DNA of 64,000 nucleotides from Cyanophora paradoxa CCMP329. Its lineage: Eukaryota; Plantae; Glaucophyta. The number at the start of each line of letters is the position of its first letter. Position 1 is the stretch's first letter. The position numbers and the translations under genes were made by a program. Shown piece by piece: positions 56,301-64,000 of the stretch. The notes under the pieces are model-generated. The model did no database searches. It was not told the origin of the DNA and saw only the letters and a program-made list of their open reading frames with translations. The stretch covers positions 186,001 through 250,000 of the forward strand of contig QPMI01000526.1 in assembly GCA_004431415.1 (NCBI GenBank), in the 5' to 3' direction.

Positions 56301-58872
56301 GTGTATTACTCGATTGGTAAAGTGTGACTCCATTAAAAACGTTTCCGATTGCATTCAATTGGGCAAAAACTGGCTGTTCGTCTATTTCGTCCCAATTGTG
56401 CCTATGTGCAAAATCTGAGATATCCACTTTTGTGTGGGTATGTGCAAAATCTGTAATATCTGCTTTTAGGTGAGTATGTGCAAAGTCTGTAATATCTGCT
56501 TTAAGGTGGGTGTGTTCAAAATCTGTGATATCTGCTTTTGTGTGAGCATGTGCAAAGTCTGTAATATCTGCTTTTAGATGAGTATGGGCAAAGTCTGAGA
56601 TATCTGCTTTTGTGTGAGTATGGGCGAAATCTGTAATATCCGCTTTGACGTGTTCATGTGCGAAATCCGTAATATCGGCTTTGACGTGTTCATGTGCGAA
56701 ATCTGTTATTTGATCTTTTGTGTGAGTGTGGGCAAAATCTGTAATATCGGCTTTGACATGAGTATGTGCAAAATCCGTAATATCTGCTTTAACATGTTCA
56801 TGGTCTGAGGGTGGGAATTTTTCGGGTGCGTCAGGGATATTATCCCATCTAAAATAATCTTCTGTTACGACTCTTGAAATATTTTCGTTATGAATGTTTT
56901 TCGCTGAGGCTCTCTGATTGATTTCTAAAAGACCCTCAGGAACTCCACCATTATAATTTGTTTTAATCCATGCTACCTCACATTGTTTATAATCATCGCG
57001 ATCTCCTAAAAGTGTTTCTGCTGCGAGTTGCTCACGGCTAAATATTAATTTTGGTCTTGATCCGTCTAAATCGCTTACATTAGTCACATTAATTTGTATT
57101 GTTGCATCTTTGTTATCATAGTTTGCTGGATCAGATGGTAGAGAAATAAATCCTGCTGTCATCGGGACATCATCGGGGTAGTAGTTTGTTAAGTAGATTC
57201 CTGGTTTTGTATTTTTAATTTCAATTCCACCACCAAGTGGTAATATTACATCCCTTGTGGGTGGTCTAATATACAATTCACCGTCCATTGTGGTGCCTGC
57301 ATCGATTCCCTGACGATTCACATAATAATCGTTTAATTGTAATCTTTCTGGTGTGTTTATATTTTGGTAGAGACTCACACCATTGTTAATATCTCCTAAT
57401 AATACATTTCCTGCTGATGCAAAAGTGGGCTGCTCTCGTATTTCGCTCCAAATATGTAAATGGTCTTCTGGCGGAAACTCAGGTGGAATTCCATCGATAT
57501 CGCCCCAATCATGCCTGTGATCTTCAGGTGGATATTTCTCAGGTTTACCCAAGATCTCATCCCAATCATGGTTGTGATCCTCTGGTGGATATCTCGCTGG
57601 TTTGTTGTTGATCTGTTCCCAATCTGGAAAGAACTCAAAAAGCTCCGGTTGTAATCCATCTGGTAAAAACTCCTCATGGGGTTCATAAGGTTGCTCATAA
57701 TCCACAACTGGTGGTTCGAGACCATCTGCTAAATATTCCTCATGGGGTTCATAATTCTGTTCATACTGATACTCTTGTGGATCTAAACCATCGGGTAAAT
57801 ACTCTTCCTCATTTGGGTCGAATTGATCATACTCATACTCTTGCGGGTCGAAACCGTCAGGTAAAAACTCTTCCTCATCTGGGACAAATTGGTAATCATC
57901 AAGCTCTAATATATCGATTTCAGGAGGTAAATACTGTTCATCTATTTGTTTTTTCGGTTCGAAGATAGGTTTATTGCGAACTTGCTCCCAACTGACAATA
58001 TGTTGACCGAAAGGAACTGTCTCATCAGCAACTCGCTCTCGACCAGGTCCATCCGGGATTGGCGGCTTTGGTAACCCTGGAAGAGGTGGTATAGGGACAA
58101 TAGGTCCGAAGTAGTAGTTGAAAATGTTGATAACCTGCTCTTCAGTGCTAACCTTCTTACCATCCTGATAAATATTAGTTCCATGAATATTTCTCCACTG
58201 CCTGGTGCGAAGCCCTAGGTCATATCTATCATGCAATGCCGGGAGCAGGTGCCTGTCAGCCTCAATCAAGATAGAGCCGAAGGTGCATCCAGGAATATCG
58301 AACCTGGTGGCTGGCTCGGTATCGATTTGATTTACATCAAACCCGAAAAGAAGATTTGCTTCTCGTGCATCGGTATATAGTAGATCCCAGGGGAACGGCT
58401 GAATTTGTGATGCAAGCACTGATATTGCAGCATCTTCGCCAAGGAGAATTCGCCCAGTGATTTGAGCCGCAGTTTTGTTTGCGACATCATTTGATTCATC
58501 AATTAGACGTAGAGCTGATGTATGGACCCCTCTATCATTTTGGAGCCTAAATATCAATCTACCAGAATCATACTTGGAGACTGTGCCTGAGGAGGCAATT
58601 CGCAGGTGTCGTGGCAACGCCCTGGACCCAATAATTTCAGCAACAAAGTTCTCAGTGGGACCAAGACAGAATCTCTGTGCAATATCTGGGGCACCAACGT
58701 GAGAGTTCCGCAGAATTAATGCAGCTGGTCGACTAAACTCGGTCCTGTGGATGTCACGATCAGCATTGAAGTCTGCCAAGATGCTTCCAAAAACGCGAAT
58801 ATTAATGAGTCGATCATCAACGAAATCTGGAGATCTACGAAGTGGCACTGGCTTCTTCAAGATGTAGGACAT
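53324..58872 (-). CDS. Giant tail-fibre-like protein (~1850 aa if 56284..58872 and 53324..56287 are joined by a -1 shift) with C-terminal peptidase S74 intramolecular chaperone
   Basis: C-terminus has SDRRYKTDI..GLIAQDVEKVIPEVV..IEYTALVPVLIEAVKEL (S74). HxHxKADITDFA repeats. The junction NTPERLF|LNDHYV mirrors the internal NTPERLQLNDYYV. Confidence 0.85.
56395..56802 (-). repeat. 36-bp coding repeat, 11 copies of HxHxKADITDFA plus one variant
   Basis: Directly visible in the 862-aa ORF. Resembles phage tail-fibre HxH metal-binding repeats. Confidence 0.9.
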
Positions 58873-58896
58873 TTTTATATAAGCCCCCTTTTAAAA

Positions 58897-60378
58897 ATGA
58901 AGGTCATTCTCTCACTATCAGGTGGAGGTGCTCGTGGCATAGTCATTGCCCGAATTCTACAGCGGATTGAGGCGATTACTGGGAAAGCAATACCACAGCT
59001 GTTTGATTTCTTTGCAGGCACCTCAACAGGGGCAATAATAGCGGCCGGATTGGCGATCCCATCAACTCCAGGCTCTGTTCTTGCTTACCGATATTCTGCA
59101 GGTGATATCTTGAGTCTATATCAAACGAACCTACCTGTAATATTTGCAAATCCGAGATCACTCACAAGCTTGCTCTCAGGAAGCCGCTATGATGCAAACC
59201 CTCTAGAGTCGGTGCTCACAGACGTTGCCCTAGACTACACAATTGCAGAATCGACCAAAGACATATTAATTACAGCGTTTGATACAGTTCGGATGCAGCC
59301 CGTAGTTTTCACCAAAGATGGGCCATACTCGAGCACGCTGATTCGTGATGCAGTTAGAGCATCTTCTGCAGCGCCAACATTCTTCCACCGAAGGTTCTAG
59401 GAGACAAAAACCTTGTTGACGGGCAATTGCCTGTTTGAATAATCCCTCAGTTGCTGCACTCAGCCACGCCAGTAAAATTTACGATGCAGAAGATCCAATT
59501 GTTCTTGTGAGCATTAGCTGTGGTGAAGTCCAAGCCAGTGAGCAATTGACTGCAGGCTTTTCGAATTCGGAGACGTCAGGCTGGGGCGCACTGGGCTGGA
59601 TCCTATCCCTCTCAGGCAGCCCAATCATTTCTATGCTAATGGCTGGTAGCGAGCTGGAATCGCACTTTCAAATGCAGGAACTGCTTCCAGTTGATGCGGA
59701 TAGGAATCTAACAAGATACTGGCGTTTAAGTGTTCCACTACCAGCTGCAGTCATGAGCAAGCTTGACGATGCCTCCCATCGAATATTTCTTATTTGATTT
59801 CCACGACTGATTTATGGCTGAAACAAACCGAAATAAATGCTAAAATAAATGCACTCTGCAGCTTTCTACTGGCGAACTACGACCTACTGAACGATGAGAG
59901 ACTAATCATATCGTCTACTTTAACAGTTGAGCCGCCATTTGATGTCAACTGGTTTATAATTCCAGATGCAAACATTACAAGCAACGACTTTGAGGAATTG
60001 CACCCACCTTCTCATGTGCGACCCAACTCAACAGGGTTCCAAGGTGGCACTCTACCTAATCCCTGGATTAAAGTCGAATTTCCAAAGCCTTTTGAGCTAC
60101 ATCAAATCATTATGTATGGGCCAGCCTTTGCTGCCGGAGTCCTATTTAATTTCAGCATTCTGACCAACTTAGGATATGTCCAAGATGGGAGGCTTTTTGA
60201 AAATACGGTCCTAGCAAATGTGCTTGCTGCAAACCCATCTATGACAGGCTTCGATCTAATGCATAGTGACTCGCATTTGTTCACCCCACAGGTATATAAC
60301 TATGTGCAAATTATAACAAACGAATTTATAAATGTGAATGCATTCCGGCTTGATTTCCGGGGACGTTACATTAATTAG
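58897..60378 (+). CDS. Patatin-like phospholipase with C-terminal beta-rich (discoidin-like?) extension; split by about 3 frameshifts
   Basis: LSLSGGGARG, FAGTSTG (nucleophile), RASSAAPTFF, LVDG..NNP, VSISCG, LDDAS..NISYLI, then NPWIKVEFPKPFELHQIIMYG. ATG at 58897. Confidence 0.85.
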
Positions 60379-60521
60379 GCGGCGGCATGAATGCCCAGGA
60401 AATCAGAGAGAGTCCAAGACGTGTTGGAATAGTTCTGCCAGATTTATCTTTCTCCCAAAATGGTGCTCCATTACGCCTCCCAGTCGCCTCTTAATGTAAT
60501 TCTCTCTTCGCTGATACCAAG

Positions 60522-60827
60522 TTGGGCGCAGCCGAGGCAGCTTGTCTGCCGACTGTTTCTGGTTGCGAGCTCCTTTTTGATTCCGTCAGGACCAAATCGG
60601 CGGTAAGCTTGCAGAAAACCTAGGTTTGTTTGGGCGCAGCCGAGGCAGCTTGTCTGCCGACTGTGCTTGGCTTATCTCCAATCGCAACAAGTGATACTTT
60701 TTTGTCCCGCATCAACGGTAAGTACTTTTCAATCTGAGCTATGGGCATCAACTGCGACATTTTTTATATATTGTGCCAAGAAATAAAACGGGGCGGAGGC
60801 ACAGCCGAGACTGCTTGTCTGTCGACT
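60522..60827 (+). promoter_or_regulatory. Cluster of three CTTGT-loop hairpins in a convergent intergenic region
   Basis: 60528-60556 and 60636-60664 read GCAG-CC-GA-GGCAG-CTTGT-CTGCC-GA-CTGT. 60802-60827 reads CAG-CC-GA-GACTG-CTTGT-CTGTC-GA-CT. Confidence 0.65.
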
Positions 60828-60829
60828 TT

Positions 60830-61748
60830 TCAAATCAGTTTGAACTGGAGCTCCCCAGACCATGGCAATCCATTCAGTAATACATCATCACCATCTCTGT
60901 CTACAATGCGCAGTCGCAAGGAAGTCAGCACAAGACGCTCTTCGATGGGATCCATTCGCTTTGATGATCCTGATTTATATAAACGAATTTGCCAACGTCC
61001 TGACTCATTTGAATTCGAGCAAGCCGTAGTTGCACATTGTTTTGGCCCCACGGCGAAGCTTTGAAGCAAATGGTCGAAGCTCTTCACAGACTAGGAATAG
61101 ATACTGGTCGCTGTTCATGTCAATTATCTTTGGAAATTCGACAGCATAACCAAGTGGCTCACTCCGCATTCTTTCGGTGAAGTCCACGCCATATTCAGGG
61201 TGTGAAGGTGTTACTGGAATGCCAGCAACTTCGAGATATCGCTCAGCTGCAGTTACTGATCTTTGTCCTCCTTCAATCACGATAGGAGACAGCTGGAGGG
61301 GCTCATTTCGGTTCAGCCCTAGCAGATTCGATAGAGCTTTGAACTGGCAGGTCACTGTGCAGGAACGGTTGCAATAAGCAGACATTTTCAGTGTCTCTGG
61401 GTCCCGAAACAATTTGAAATATGCTATTACGATTCCCCCCAGTTCAAACTTAAACGATAGGCCAAAGTTGTAAAGATCTGTTTCGCCCATATTTGCAGTA
61501 GTAATTATACCAGGCTCAAAAACTGCCAGATTTTCCGTCCAAATGTTGGGGAAGGTGATCGAAAGATACTCATCTCTAATGCTCGTGTAAAGGCTGTTTG
61601 CGAACTCACACTGGGTAAGTCGAACAGCAACTGGATTGATTATAGGTTCATTTATTTCTAGCACAAAGTTTGCCTCTGAATCGATTGGCCTTCTGTCTCT
61701 ACTGTCAAAGCTGAGCCTGACGCAGCGTCGATGCTTGTCTTCGACCAT
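60830..61748 (-). CDS. Minor capsid protein (penton) paralogue 1, frameshifted near 61060
   Basis: RLSFDSRDR..ANFVLEINEPIINPVAVRL, IDMNSDQYLFL, and a C-terminal LRLRIVDRDG..LNGLPWSGELQF in the 60830..61087 frame. Confidence 0.72.
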
Positions 61749-61775
61749 TTTTATTCTCTAACTGATATAAAAAAG

Positions 61776-62731
61776 ATGCCGACGGACTACGTCTGCATTG
61801 CAAGCCACCAAGCGGATGAGCTGACATCCACCTCAAAATTTAAAGTAAGACTGCCTAAAGTTTATCAGGATGTAAAAGCTGTGCGCTTGGTATCAGCTGA
61901 GATCCCCAACACAATGAGCACAGTTGATGCACTCGATCCAGCAGAGGATTTAGTGTTTGACACGTATATATATTGGTGCAAATATGATCCTGCAAATGAG
62001 GGACCCGACCCACCTCAGCCAGGTTTTGGAGCCTGGAATAACATTACAATTCCATCTGGAAATTACGACGTCACCTCGCTTGTGACAAAGATAAACGAAA
62101 GGTTGACGGGGACTGGTATCACGTGCACGTATAATTCAGCAGTTAAATCAATAGGGTTCACAGCTAGCTTCGAGTTCTTTATTGCTCTGATGTTGGCACC
62201 GAACCTGGGTGGGCGGAAATCAGAAACTACCAGGCTGTTGCTAGGGCTCAGCGAACTGCAAAGCTGCTAGGCTTGCGATCAATTCTACCGATTCGGTCAA
62301 AGACATTATCTATAAATACTGAATATATAGCAGGCGCTTATGAGCCTGATGTCACTCCCGATGATCATGTGCTACTTCGCATTCCTGAAATTGGTGACCT
62401 TGTCAGTATGCCCAATACTTCAATTCCTGGCTTTTTCTCAAAGCTCAGCATTCCCAGCGCCCTCCGTCCAGGCGAAACAGCCTACTATGATTCAACTGAA
62501 GCAACTCCTTTGTATAAGTATGTTTATTCAAAGCTGGACCTGTACTCTGTGACTATTGAGATATACGATTTTATGCAGCGAATCGCTGATTTAAATGGAG
62601 CTCCTGTGTCATTTATTCTCGAAATTCGTTATGGTCCTGACGAACCCAATGGTGATGTTGTTTACGAACTTGCAAAACTTCAGCTACAGAAAAGATCGAA
62701 GACATATCCTTGGATCAATTCGTCAAACTGA
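61776..62731 (+). CDS. Minor capsid protein (penton) paralogue 2, frameshifted near 62270
   Basis: KFKVRLPKVYQDVKAVRLVSAEIPNT, ITIPSGNY, DHVLLRI, FSKLSI, VTIEIYD..DLNGAPVSFILEI. Confidence 0.72.
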
Positions 62732-62775
62732 GCTAAGCGGCAGAATTATTTTCTTTCACAGCAATTATATATTCG

Positions 62776-64000
62776 ATGGATGTCACTCAAAATTTGCAGC
62801 GGCTCGGCCTCAAAGAGCTCCTGACAACTCCGCAGGAAGCGAAGGACTTCTTTATGAACAATGAGCTTATGTTGGGTCTAACGAGCCAAACCAAGCCTGT
62901 TCGTGTTGTTGTCAACCCAAGCAATGACTATGGAGACTGCTTCGGTAAACGAGTCACCTACTTCCTTCCCAGATACAACTTCCTTCAGGGGCTCGAACTC
63001 CAGTTTACCCTGCCCGAGTTGACAGCATTTACTGGTGACACTGACCTGGTTCGCACTGGTTATTTGCGATCGGTTGGTGCTCTCGTAAAGCGAATCGAAA
63101 TCAAATATGCTTCCTACAGCTACATTGTCCCCGAGGACTGGCTTGTTCACAGCGCTCTGATTTTCAATGATGATGCTCAGCTTAAAAAGAAGTACCGATC
63201 CGGTGGCTGGCTCCATGGAACACCACCTCAGGGGAGCAATCGCACTGGAGGTATTTTCAGTGTAAAAATCCCCTGTCCCTGGGAGGGTTCTGTGCTTCCG
63301 ATTGGTGCTCTATCTGGCGAGGTTTCCGTCGAGGTTTGGTTCCGTGATCGTGCCAGGGCTTCGTCGAAACCAGCTATGGTGGTAGGTTTGTAACAGAATA
63401 TGCCATAGGCGGTGATGCTTCTAAAGAAGATGGACTTGGGAGCGTGGAGCTGCTGCTGCATCCCCTGCAAACATCGGCCAGAATATAACTCCCAATGTTC
63501 TCAGTGTCACCCCTGCCAATCGGAGCTTTCGAATCCAAAGATTATTGCTCATTGCATCAACGTTGATGAGGCCACTTTTGCCCAGGTGATTGAGAAAGTC
63601 AAAACGTCTGGAATCGCAATTCCCGCTACCGATGTCGGCTGGGTTGATGCTGATTCAATTACTTATGCAGGTGCTGGTGCGCCAACCCGGATTAATCTGT
63701 CTCAAATCAGTGGACTTTGCTACGGCCTGTTCGTTAGCATTCGCAAGCAGCCAAACATGAACCAAACTGATGGAAAACACAGTGTCCTCAAAACCGAGGC
63801 TAATGCTCGCGATATCACTATTTCCTGCGAATTGAATGGACAGCGGCTTTATTCAAATGAGCCTGTCCCTCTCTTGCAAGGTGCCGAACTCATCGCTGAT
63901 GTCTTCAAGTGCTCCAATCTCGACGCACCTTTGAATAGGTACGTGCTGACTGGATTGCCATTTTGCATTAGTGGGGATAAATCGATTCGAAATGCTGCTC
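62776..64000 (+). CDS. Major capsid protein of element 3, several frameshifts at 63350-63530, truncated by the window end
   Basis: Homologous to the element 1 MCP. The downstream frame reads IIAHCINVDEA..GIAIPATDV..INLSQISGLCYGLFVSIR..SGDKSIRN, versus LICQFVNIASA..GIRIPITEV..VTLANVSGLVHSILMTVR..SGKDSLRN in element 1. Confidence 0.75.

Larger units (their letters stand above)
50800..64000. mobile_element. Second endogenous Polinton-like virus (element 3), structural/entry module; runs off the window end, left boundary uncertain
   Basis: AT-rich, intronless and gene-dense. MCP homologous to the element 1 MCP, two penton-like genes, fibre, patatin. Confidence 0.88.

Noticed and set aside
42267-58872. 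Diversity-generating retroelement (RT near a fibre gene)
   Set aside because: The RT is a LINE-type APE-RT-RNase H polyprotein, and no template/variable repeat pair differing at adenines was seen.
27661-64000. Bacterial or phage contamination, or a chimeric join
   Set aside because: Element 1 has matching TIRs and a TSD within host sequence. Element 3 has an MCP homologous to that of element 1 despite its phage-like fibre.

Overview
Eukaryotic, GC-rich, intron-dense (probably protist or algal) host DNA invaded by three foreign elements. Host part (1-27660, 38948-~41740): an FG-repeat nucleoporin 5' end, a SMARCAL1-like HARP/SNF2 helicase with several GC-AG introns, two tandemly duplicated coiled-coil + HECT E3 ligase genes, an SDT1-like HAD pyrimidine 5'-nucleotidase with a 9-nt micro-exon, and a CPA1 Na+/H+ antiporter gene that is cut off by insertions. 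Element 1 (27661-38947, 11,287 bp, AT-rich) is a complete, apparently recent endogenous Polinton-like virus (PLV). It has 357-bp TIRs, a 6-bp TSD GAGGCG, packaging ATPase, major and minor capsid proteins, pPolB, a retroviral-type integrase and a DUF5710-like protein. Element 2 (~42000-50500, minus strand, GC-rich) is a non-LTR retrotransposon (APE-RT-RNase H-CCHC). Element 3 (~50800 to beyond the window end, AT-rich) is a second, related PLV with a large virion/entry module: a ~1850-aa phage-like fibre ending in an S74 chaperone, a patatin lipase fusion, two penton paralogues and an MCP. The most striking unexplained signal is a hairpin with an invariant CTTGT loop and covarying stems, often with a kink-turn-like tandem GA internal loop. 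It recurs at gene boundaries in both viruses. Many ORFs carry single-base frameshifts that may be long-read assembly errors. All calls come from motif recognition by eye; no database search was run.
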